NCBI GenBank assembly: GCA_003568945.1
Contig: BDIP01000043.1
Span: 1-37,471, forward strand
Source of the DNA: Kipferlia bialata
Lineage: Eukaryota
Direction of reading: 5' to 3'
Length of the DNA: 37,471 nt
Position numbers and translations under genes: made by a program. The notes below the pieces were generated by a model, which was given only the letters and a program-made list of their open reading frames with translations, was not told where the DNA came from and did no database searches. How positions within the stretch are numbered: the first letter of the stretch is position 1; each line of letters starts with the position of its first letter. Positions 11,695 to 22,504 of this stretch are shown here, piece after piece.

Positions 11695-12621
11695 GTGCTA
11701 GGCCCAGGAACTGGGCTATATCGGGAGACGAAATACCGTGGCGATGACTCGAGTGTTGTCGTCATTGTCTGCATGCCCTCTAGTGGAGATAGAGAGGCCA
11801 GGTCACACCCAACCAGACAGATGATACCGACCCCGCCTGGTCTGGTCATATCCTCATCACGCGCTAGGACAGTGCCACTTGCCACTAGAGTGGGAGGTGA
11901 AGTGATAGTGTTGCTTCTTCCTAAGCACCATAACCGTTACTCTCTGTGGAGTGTATATGCTCTAGCACTGGATGATCACTCCTGGAGACCTCTTCCTGGT
12001 CACCCACCCGTGCCAGAATTTTCGTTCCCAAATGGTTGTGGTACGTCATGGTACAATCTGTTAACCCCCATGTTCTTCCTGAATGGTAGACTGCACTACC
12101 TTGGAGAGAATAGGTCAGATAGGGGCATCTTCCACTGGGCATACACTCTGGACACTGGTGATTGGCAAGAGATTCCGACACCCAACCGATGCCATCGCGT
12201 GGGCCTTTTCTCCTCTCGCCTCTGCATTTCGTATGGTACGGTGTATATGTTCTGTTGTAACAGACTCATATGCACATACAGAGATAATTCCGGCTGGAAT
12301 GTCCAGAATGACTCATTGAGACTCATTGACAATAAGTACGTCTCTACTTACACGGAGCCATACTACGACGGAGTAGTTGCTGTGGGTCGAATGATATTGC
12401 GACAGCGCATGCATCCGAATACTACTGGATGTGCACTGTATGAGGCGTATGATACTATATCTGGAGTGACATACGTGTGGAAGGGAGACAGACGGTTAAC
12501 CGGTCCTGTGTTGAGAAAGGGTGACGATGTTTACCCTATATGGGTCGGGGTGTGGACACATGAGGTCTATTACATGGAAGTTGCGGTGATGTGTCTGGAG
12601 ATGGGCCTCCACCACCTGTAG
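11695..12621 (+). CDS. Kelch-like beta-propeller protein; start uncertain
   Basis: 308-codon ORF with repeated blade motifs: VYALALDDHSWRPLP, FFLNGRLHYLG, WAYTLDTGDWQEIP, YEAYDTISGVTYVW. Confidence 0.65.
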   Translation: MLGPGTGLYRETKYRGDDSSVVVIVCMPSSGDREARSHPTRQMIPTPPGLVISSSRARTVPLATRVGGEVIVLLLPKHHNRYSLWSVYALALDDHSWRPLPGHPPVPEFSFPNGCGTSWYNLLTPMFFLNGRLHYLGENRSDRGIFHWAYTLDTGDWQEIPTPNRCHRVGLFSSRLCISYGTVYMFCCNRLICTYRDNSGWNVQNDSLRLIDNKYVSTYTEPYYDGVVAVGRMILRQRMHPNTTGCALYEAYDTISGVTYVWKGDRRLTGPVLRKGDDVYPIWVGVWTHEVYYMEVAVMCLEMGLHHL

Positions 12622-12783
12622 AGTCTACAGGCAGCCTCAGTCTACACTGTAGAGGGAGGTAATGATGAACTATGTTGCCGGTGGGACCAATATATTGTAA
12701 CTAGCTGTGTTATTGTATCATATAGGATTTCAAGACTTCTTATAGGCCCCTCATATATAGAACGGTCTCCTGCACGCCCGTCG

Positions 12784-12979
12784 GTTCGCCTTCGGCGAAC
12801 TCTTGGTTGTTAACCGTTGATTGACGTGTGAAGTGTGTACGTACTCAGTCACTGAGCAAGTTGTGGTGGTGATCTTCACTGAGTCAGTGAGCAGCTCACC
12901 ACCACAAGATGTGAGATGTTCAGACCATAGCGTAGAATAGACGATGACACGAAGTCCTATGTTTCGATTCTAAACATAG
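12784..12979. other. Cluster of inverted repeats in the gap between convergent genes
   Basis: GTTCGCC/GGCGAAC (12784-12800); CTCAGT/ACTGAG (12844-12856); TTGTGGTGGTGA/TCACCACCACAA (12861-12907) enclosing TCACTGA/TCAGTGA; CTATGTTT/AAACATAG (12957-12979). Confidence 0.7.
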
Positions 12980-13085
12980 ACTCTATGACTTTTTAGCGTT
13001 GGTACAACCATAGTGTAACACTTATAGGTAATGATTCAATGTACTCTTTCTATTCTATCTTCGACTCCTGTCATATTCAGCATGA

Positions 13086-16000
13086 TCAGTAGTACCCAAT
13101 AGCCCTAGACGTGTACTGGTCCTGTCCCTCCAGCAGCCTCAGCACGTCCCCCCTCTCTGCCTCCTCCCTCACACCCTGCACAAGTGCTATGCCCACAGAC
13201 TCAGTGCTAGAGGTCAGACAGGGTATGTGTCTATAGGGTATATGATAAGCGTTATATATATCGGTGGATACTGTGACATCCTGCACATTGGCAATGTCCA
13301 CAGACTCAGTACTCAATGTGTCAGTCATAGTATATGCAGATGTATATATATGTGTGTTATATAGTGTTGAGATAGAGTTGATCATTGGCAATACCCAGAT
13401 ACTCAGTGCTAGGATAGATCAAAATACATTATAAACATAATCATCGAAGACACACACAGAATCAGGGTATCATGCATCTTTGTGGGTTGGACTAATCCAC
13501 ATACCTCTTTCCGCCCAGAAGGACAGCCCTCGCTAGCACTCCGTCTCTGAAGAAACACATAGCACGGCCATCCTGGAGTGTGAGGATGTATATGTATGTG
13601 TATATAAGTGCACATATTTATGTGTGAGTGGTCCTTACCTTGAGTGGCACTTGCACCACCGTGTCTGACTCCTCAGCTGCAGGGCCGACAGAGGTCATGA
13701 GCACATCCCACATGCGGAGCTAGTTGTTAAATGTGAATGTGTTGCAAGGGAATATATCATATATTATATGTGCAACTATAACTATAGTCTCAGTATTGTT
13801 GTCATGAGCACATCCCACACACCAAGCTGAGTGTCAGAATAGTAGTGGTGTATTTAACAGTTGCAAGCAATACTCTTAGTGTCAGATAGTGTGCTGCAGT
13901 CAGTAGTTTCAAATGACATGATGACATCCCACATTCAAGGAGCTAGTTCTTCAATGTAAAGGTGAAGACACGAAATACAAGTGCAACTGTAGTAGCACAA
14001 TAGTTATCACGACCTCCCACATGCGTAGGTGGTGGTAAACGGAGTTTCGTATATCCATCCATTCATACAGTATGAATCATACTGTATCAGTACCTGGTAC
14101 CCAAAGTACCCTGCTGGTAGGAATGGCAGCTCTGCACTTAGACTGCCATAGGACAGGTCGAGAGAGGCCGCATTGGCACCTGGGGTCAGCAAGACGTTGA
14201 TAATCAGAAGGACAGTAGATTCTGGCGCACTACTCTGTCTAAGTACTCCAATACTGTTCAAGTGTTATCCTGAACGAGAGTGTATGAAGCTAACATACCT
14301 GCCACCCTGGCCGTGTCCAGAAGCTACGATGCTCTTATGTATAGGCATATAGTATTATTAGTATATAGTATATGCCACCTGCCACTCTGGCCGTGTCCAG
14401 TGTGTTGCACCTACTTTATGATTACTGTAATGCGTATTGTTTGTCAAGGACAATACAGTATTCAGTACTATTCTGAGTGAGTATCATCTACCTGCCACTC
14501 TGGCCGTGTCCAGTGCCCTTGAGTATGTTGCTGTGTAGGGCTGGGCTTCCACCAGGCAACAGTCACCTGGGGGTGAGTCATAGTAGTGGTTAATGTACTC
14601 ATTGAGTGGTACTCACCTGCTGCGAATATCTCCTGGTGTGCTATGCTCTGTGCAAAGGATGTGACAATGACTGCACCCCTAGACAGGAAGGGGAGGCTGG
14701 ACTCCTGTTGTGTAAGTAGTGCCACGACGAATACGCTGAAGCTGGACAGTACTAAGTTTGTCGTAATACCTGCGCACACTTGACCTGTGGCACACTGGGT
14801 CTGACCCCTATCCCTATCAGGACAAGGTCAGCTGGGATGGTGCTCTCTACTCCATTGCTTTTCACCCGTACTTGGGTGGCCTGGACGGTTCTAAGAGTTA
14901 GGACATTTGCACAGAAGACAGAGTGACTACTAGTCACTGACTAGTATACTATACGTACCCATCCTCCCTCTTGCAGCACTCCACACCCATGACCTTGGTG
15001 GAGAGCTTGAATGTGACCTTGTCCTTCAGGTGTGCCTAGTGGTGAGTGAATACACTAACACGGTTAGTCTAACAGTATCCAATGTATGGTAGTACTATGT
15101 GAAATCTCATGATGAGACGTGACCTTGTCCTTGAGATGGGTCTATGGGTGAGTGAATACACTACCAGATTCTAATCTAGTTTACTAGGCCTAGTATCTAC
15201 ACGACATGTCTCTCTCGGGTGTATAATATACACTGTATACTCATATCATGCCATACCTCCATCAGCGACAGGAAGTGGTCTGAGTTCTCTTTGTTGAGCT
15301 GCTTGCTCAGCACATGCCCGGCTGCCTCTACCACAGTCACTGTGGAGTCGGGGGGAAGTGCAGCTGGGGGTTAGTCCAGTGGATGATGTACTATCCGATA
15401 ATGTCTACTATACTTATACTGATACTGCCTCCACCACAGTGACTGTAGAGTCTGGGGGAAGGGCAGCTGGGTGTGAGTGAGTACATGGAAGAGAAGCTAT
15501 CGCGTAGAGAGTAGTTCTCTTTACCTAGTAGTGGTGGAAGTGCTTCTAGGGCCAGTACACCCCCACCCACCAGGACTGCGTGAATGGGAGGGGTGGTGTG
15601 GGTGATACTGGCCCTGATTGCTAGGATGTCCTGCAGGTTCCGGACAGCCCTAGAGTTAGAAACATATATGGTATAATGCAGAAAGACTGTATATGGTCCC
15701 ATCCAAAGAGTCGTTACCTGACATTGGCTGCCCCCCCGTATGGCACTGTGGCACTGTCACATGTGACAAGGCCGTCAGGGACAAAGGGGGTGGCACCTGG
15801 TGTCAAGGAGAGTACATGTATATTAGTTGGTATCTGTATATGGGTATAGCATAACTACTCACCTGTACACACCACCACCCTGTCGAATGGGTGTGTCTGC
15901 ACTGTGCCCTCCAGGTCAGACACAGACACCTCGTGTGCATCAAGGTCAATGCCAGAGACACTGGGGGTGAGGCAGATTACGTCAACGATACGCTATGAGT

Positions 16001-17611
16001 CTCTACTTACAGTGTAACCCACCGGCATCCCAAGGGCATATCAGTGATATGCCATATCACTCTCTTACATAGTATAATGTATATATCTTTCGATTTTGCA
16101 ACCTGTGACTATATCCCCTCTTCTCTTTAGTATAGTATCTACAGTATATAATGGCTACATAGTATATCCTTCCAACCTGCACCCTGTGAGCACCTCTATC
16201 CTGTGCTCCTGGTACCACTCTGCACTGTGCAGCACAGTATCTATAGTATCTATAGTATACTATTCACTATACATTGAATATATCTTTCCAACCTGCACCC
16301 CGTGAGCACCTCTATCCTGTGCTCCTTGTACCACTCTGCACTGTGCAGCACAAGGCCCTGGGCCCTATCGGTCAGGGTGCCGGTGGGGGCCTAGAGGTGA
16401 GGGACTGTGATATTCGTAAGGCTACCACTAGTCCTAATGTATACATATATATATATGTGTATATGTCTATCATTCAGGGTGCCAGTGGGGGCCTGGAGGT
16501 CAGGTGACACATAGTATGTAGCTTCCACAATACTATGCTGATAATGTGGGTATATCCCATCATACAGGAATACCTTGGACAGCAGAGCCTCATCTGACAG
16601 AGACAGTGCCAACTTGCACCGGTTGTAGGGGAGGGCGGGCTCTTCACCTAGAGTGGGAGGAAACCAATGGATAGCTATAGTAATGGCAATATTCCATGAA
16701 CAGTATGTGGAGGGACTATTCAAGGGGGGGCTCGAACAGTATATGGGTACCTATCACCAGGATTCGACATTTCTCTGACTGCTTCCTGGCGGCCTGGGGT
16801 GGGAGTGTACACAGCTATATAAATATATATGGGTATCTCTTCGATACAGTGTCCTGGAATTAGAGGAGGTCGGTCGTACTATATCTCCTCACACCTCAGC
16901 TGCAGCGGCCCCAGCAGGTCCAGCGCCCAGTATGACAATGGTGCCTGGGGGGTGAGTGCATATATTACTCACAAAGGACAAGTTGTCATATGTTATGAGG
17001 AGTGTGTCCACCGTCAATGGCTGTGAGGAGACTATGATGTATGAGTGTATTCCGTAGTGCCACTACCCTCGAACTGTGGCCCTGTCTTGGACACAGTATA
17101 GTGACAGTATAGTGACAGATACTCTATATGCATATATATATATATATATATATATTGGAATCACTACCCTCGAACTGTGGCCCTGTCTTGCCCCTCTGGG
17201 ACTCCTCCAGTGTGCCTGATGGTGAGAGGGGGAATGTGATATGCACTATTGATGTCACTCTATCTTCCACCCACCTGAGAGAGTGAATCCCTCTGGGCCT
17301 GCGTATCATAGATACACAGAGATACTCAGAGATACACTCATTTACACATAGTACGGTACTATGATAGTTCCCCTACCTAGCAGAGTAAATGCCTCTGGCC
17401 CTGCATCACACACGGGGCAGATGTCAGGCATGGGGGTAAGAAGAGAGATAGAGAGAACGTTGTGGATCTGGAATCCAGAGTCTGGATAGATACATATGTA
17501 TATGTACATACACTATACATACCTGTTCACCGACACTATGACCTCTGCACACACCAGACACAGCCACCTCCTCATGATGCCGTCATCGAACTTGTCGGGA
17601 TACTCGGGAGA
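13086..17611 (-). CDS. Rubredoxin-like domain fused to a FAD/NAD(P)H-dependent oxidoreductase (NROR/NirB-like Pyr_redox family), ~20 exons; may extend further 5'
   Basis: Spliced product: MRRWLCLVCAEVIVSVNRPDICPVCDAGPEAF (CxxC-x12-CxxC), TIVILGAGPAGAAAAE (FAD GxGxxG), GEEPALPYNR, FDRVVVCTGATP, VLVGGGVLALE (NAD-binding), ADLVLIGIGVRP, IFAAGDC, ending RAIGYY* at 13086. Confidence 0.88.
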
Positions 17612-18622
17612 CTGGGGGTAAGGGTATATACATATGGTACATTAGGAAAACGTAGTATATCATTAATTGCGTATCGTAGAACACACACACTGGTCAGGGT
17701 ACTCGGGGGACTGGGGGTGAGGCAACAGAGAATATACACAGTGTATCATGAATTGTATGTTTGCATACTACATTCGGAGGACTGTTGTCAGGGTGTGTAT
17801 GGATGGGATACATATACTGAGGCAACGACTCTAGCCATACCTCAGAGTCTGAGTCAGACCATAGTAGTATATCATGTATATCCGTATATGTGGTTCATAG
17901 CCAGCAGTTGTTTATGCAGAAGTGACGCAGACTGCTGAGTTAGAAGATTACGATCATCATTACTACTAGTAATACTAGGCCTAGTATTACGGGGTTTCGT
18001 CAATCCCGTCTTCGTAGTATTTACCGGGGATGCAATGGTAGGATCCATGTCGCACTGATAACCGTGATGAAGAGCCATGTCGGGTAGTGTACACTGTAGG
18101 GCTGCTGAAGTTCACACACTGTAGCTACAGTACAGCAGGTATCTATTGTCCTTGTGAACATGAGAAATTCTCTGTGTACTACATACTGAAAGTTACACTG
18201 TAAATAAGAGACTGAATAATTCAACAATATAGTTCATATCCATGTATCTTCCAGAAGCAGGACGAGTTCTCTCCTTACCTGATATCCACTGGAAACACCA
18301 GTTTCGAGTAGAAATACCTGATGGGGTCTTAGAATTAGAGATTCAGTAGAGGGATGATTGAAATGTGAGAATGCTGTGGTTGATCGAAGTCCTTCTCGCC
18401 AATTATATATAGTATATTATATCCCCATCACAAGTGTCTGAAGACTACACACGAAGTAATACAATCTATTAAGCAGAGTTGGAAGAGTATGGGTTACTAC
18501 ACTGGGAGGGTAGAACTGAGCATCGCATACAACGGGCAATCTTTGCCAAATCTCCTGTCACATCAAGAATGTCTCTCTTGTGAGGACTCACTCAGACAGC
18601 CATACGACTGTCATGTTACAGA

Positions 18623-21600
18623 CTAATAGTGCCTGGCCAGGATGTTGTAAATGTGTCGTCTAACGCCGTGCCCGACGTCATTCCCGTCAAGGTTGACCTG
18701 TGATGAGTGAAACAGCAATGTATTTCTGCACAGAGAAGGCCAACAACACTTATACCGTTATCAGACGCGTCCGCCTAATGCTCTCTGCAATGACGTTGGC
18801 GGCCACGTCACTTATGCCGTTGTGACTGATGTCTAACTGAGGTGAGTTGAAAGTGGAGTCATAGCACACAAGGTAACTGCCAAAGAACTCACCCACACAA
18901 GGTGGTGACATGACTTCAGGCCGTGTGCCAGGGCAGTGGCACCCTCATCCCCAAAACCATTACCTGCCAGGCACAACTGATATCAGGGATCGAGTTCCGG
19001 GAAGTGGAGATAGGGGACTGAGATGGAAGTACCTTCTCCAGCCTTCTGCGCTTCACAGAGTCCATCAGGATCCTCACTGCCTCAGAGTCGATATCACACT
19101 CAGAGAGGTGGAGCTGTCTCGTCAAGGAGTGACTATCACAGAATCTTCCGGGCATATTCGTATACACTGGGGTATATGTAGGAAAGAGTATACGGGTACA
19201 TACCGTCTGTATCCCCTGGGGCAGGACACCTGCTAGAGCACATGTTCCCTTGCTGCCAATGTGGCTCTTGAACAGGTAGAGCTGATGTCAAACAAGAAAA
19301 ATGACACCAACGTCACAGGAGACTGCTACGACACTGCACAATGTGGATCCTATCCTAAATATGATATAGCTCTGCCACTCATACAATACAAGCCGCAATG
19401 ACGGAAATAACTGATTGCATGTCACCTTTCTCAGTTTCGGGACGAATTTCAGATTCTCTGCCAGAACCAGAGCCCCTTCGGGACCAGGAGTGTTCATCCC
19501 GAGCCGTAGCTGTGAGGTTAATGGAATCATGCGTGGGTCACAGTTCCCGAAGGTCCAGGGAGGAGTTGTAGCTAGATGGAAGACATCACGTACCTCTTCC
19601 AGGTTGGGTAGGTACCGTAACCCCGCTGCGATGGCGTTGATGCCTTCAAGCCCGATGTTGTTGTCTGTCAGGTTTAACTGGAGTAAAGCACCAACTGATT
19701 ATAGTAAGTATATTCACAGATTAACATATTGATACTAGCCACGTCCATGCCATACTCTCAGAGCACAGAAATAGTACCAGTCGACTCTACAAGGTAGTCG
19801 TAATTGCTAATGATTCATTAGCCTAGAGTAGAGATATATGATCATCTACCTGTTGTAGCCGCTCTAGTGCTGGGAACGCCTGTGCAATGGCTATAGCCCC
19901 CGAAGAACCAAGAAAGTTCTCGCTGAGATAGAGCTAGGAATAAGAGTCCTGATACAACATGTATACAGAGTTGTCAGAGCGTTCCGATATGAATAGGCTG
20001 TTGTTGTATTATAATGATCTCACCTCCCTGACGTGGCACCCAGCCAATAGAGCACGGGAAACAATTAGAGACTCTTTCACTCCAAGTGTCTGACCCTGCA
20101 GTCCCTGGTACTGGTGTAACATTGTCATACACAGACAGAATACTGGGTGCAATATGAATGTTAACGGGTACCTGCTGTCCACTACTCACTGTGATGTAAC
20201 TGTGGAGCCCCTCAAACCACTGGTACTCGCTCTTGAACAGCTCAATCTCTGTAAGCGAGAGAGCCTGTGTGTTAGAAAGAAAGCAACCATGAAGAAGAGT
20301 AACATACCTCTAGAGGGCATAGTGGCTGGAACTCTGGCATGGGATGCTGTTTCACGTATTCCTCTGCCTTCGAGGCTCTGGCCTTAATGTCAAAGGGGCG
20401 AGAGAGAACTCTACGCGGAACATCAAGACATCCCTCAGACTCCATTGTCTGGCAGCCCCATGAACGTGTGGAAGAAGCAGGGGAGGGTGAGGGTGACGGG
20501 GTGTCCACTGGTGTATCTGCTACGGCCACACTCGTGCAATCCCGAAACCACTGGAGATATGGCAGGAATGCTGCAGCCATGGAGTACTGGGTTGCACTGT
20601 GTGAGCGGTCGATGCAAATGAGACCAGAGTGCATAATGACTGCCCAGTCACTGTCTCTACAGTCAACCCAAGCCCTCTGCAGCTCGTCATGACCCACACT
20701 GGTCTTGGAAGTGGCCATAAGACTCAGAAAGGACACAAGGCAGGATGCAACAGGTTTTTCGGTGACACCCAGCCTCCAGAGCACTGTGTCACGGGAGACG
20801 GCCCCATAAGGAGTGCCAAATAGCTGCATGTGGACGGGCACATCGCTGGAGTGACGGTGTGAGTACTGTGACCAGTAGTGGTTGAGAAGGGGTGGGACAA
20901 ATGGGATGGAGCACAGTGACCCCAACCCCGCTGGTATATGCCGAGTCTTAACACCATAAGAACGCATAGCTGCCTTCTGCTCACTCCCAGAGAATCTGCC
21001 CATCTCCACTAAAGGGCACACAGGGGAGTCTTGCATCGTCTCCTGGGTCGAAACAGACCTATAGCAGTACTGTGAGAGATAGGGGCTTGTTAAAGCCACC
21101 TCAGGGCAGCTGTCCCAATCAGTAGTCTCGGAGGTCAGTATCAGGAGCGCCAGACCCCTCACAGCCTGTGTAAGATACCAATGGTTTACTGAGAACAACA
21201 TGTTATATATATTAGAAATAGTTATATATATACACTACCTTGAGGAATGATTCCACCCACTGGAGCATCTTCTTTCGGTCACTTCTCACCACTACCTCAT
21301 CAAGACCATCCAAGACAATGAGTGCTGTCTTCCCCTTCCCATAGAGTGCCATGCACTTATTGGCAACCTCAATAGGCTCTGACGTGTTGAAGACAGTGTC
21401 CAAGGAGCCAAAGCCGTTGCGTAGGATAGTGACAAAGGGGACAGTGTTCCCAGGTAGGGTACCCTCACAACAGGCGTACGCAGTGTGGAGGGATGTCCAT
21501 GTCCGGCCCATCCCCCTTGCCCCACCCAAGACCAGCAGCGGGTATGTCTTGCGGTATCTGTCCTCTGTCTGCCGCAGAAACTGATGGATCACCCGCTCTG

Positions 21601-22504
21601 CATTCACTCTGCGGACATACTGCTCCTTGTCGTAAGAGCCCCCGAGCTCACTGTGGAGAGTCTGCCGCTGAAGCCTTTGGAGGGCCTCACTTCTGCTCTC
21701 ACTCAACGACAGAGGCAGCATCTCCACCGCAAGACAGGCGTCCAGGGTGTCCTGAACTCGCTGAATCTTAGCAGAGACACCAGCAATGTCCTCCTGATGC
21801 GAATGGAGCCACCCGAGAAGCTCTTCCTGTAGGGTAGCCTGATCCACACTCAGTTTCTCCCGTGCCTGGGGAATGAGGAGAGAATGAATATGTGAATTAC
21901 ACACTACTACACTTCGGACAGATAGACTAGTAATTGAAGTAAGAACCACATCCACGACGTATGGAAAGAGCTACCACACTAGCAGGAGAGCACCAGATCC
22001 CCCACCCCCCCTCCCCCAAACAAAACTCTAAGAGATATTGTGCAAGTACACATACGAACACAGGATCATGCAATAAACATGAATCACAGAACAATAATTG
22101 CATACCTCCCATATCTCTGCCACTACTGGTGTAAGGTCCGTCTGGAGCTGGCCTTGAGCAGCCTTCTGGTCTCCTCCTCTCGCCTTCAGTTGGTCAGATG
22201 CCACACTCAACAGAGAGGCGAGATAGTCTCCCTTCTTCCCGTCTATCCCCTTGACCAGCTCCTCCGCATTTTCAACCACACGAGCAGCGACACCATGCTT
22301 TACCAGTACACTGCCAACCTTCAACAGAAGAGGACCAAGTACAATACCAGCAGTGAGGGGGGTTCCGGCCAGAGCGGTAATACCAGCACCAATGGCTACT
22401 GGCGCTGCAACTTCTGTCACAGCAATCGCTGCCGCATTCCGCATCCAGTACCCTTTCAGTCCCGCCATCCCGAGGTGAGTGGCAAAGAGCAAGCGAGAGG
22501 CCAT
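18623..22504 (-). CDS. NLR-like protein: hydrophobic Gly/Ala-rich N-terminus, NACHT/STAND-like P-loop NTPase, ribonuclease-inhibitor-type LRRs; start uncertain
   Basis: Phase-0 exons 22504-22106, 21865-21239 and 21165-20308, two linker exons, then LRR exons (19933-19850, 19677-19594, 19509-19426 and others) to TAG at 18623. Walker A-like LLVLGGARGMGRT; Walker B LIVLDGLDE. LRRs: LYLSENFLGSSGAIAIA, LNLTDNNIGLEGINAIA, LRLGMNTPGPEGALVLA, LDISHNGISDVAANVIA, VNLDGNDVG. Confidence 0.8.

Noticed and set aside
12784..12812. Helitron 3' end or bacterial intrinsic terminator
   Set aside because: A hairpin is present, but there is no canonical CTRR terminus or poly-T tail. It is kept only as part of the hairpin cluster.
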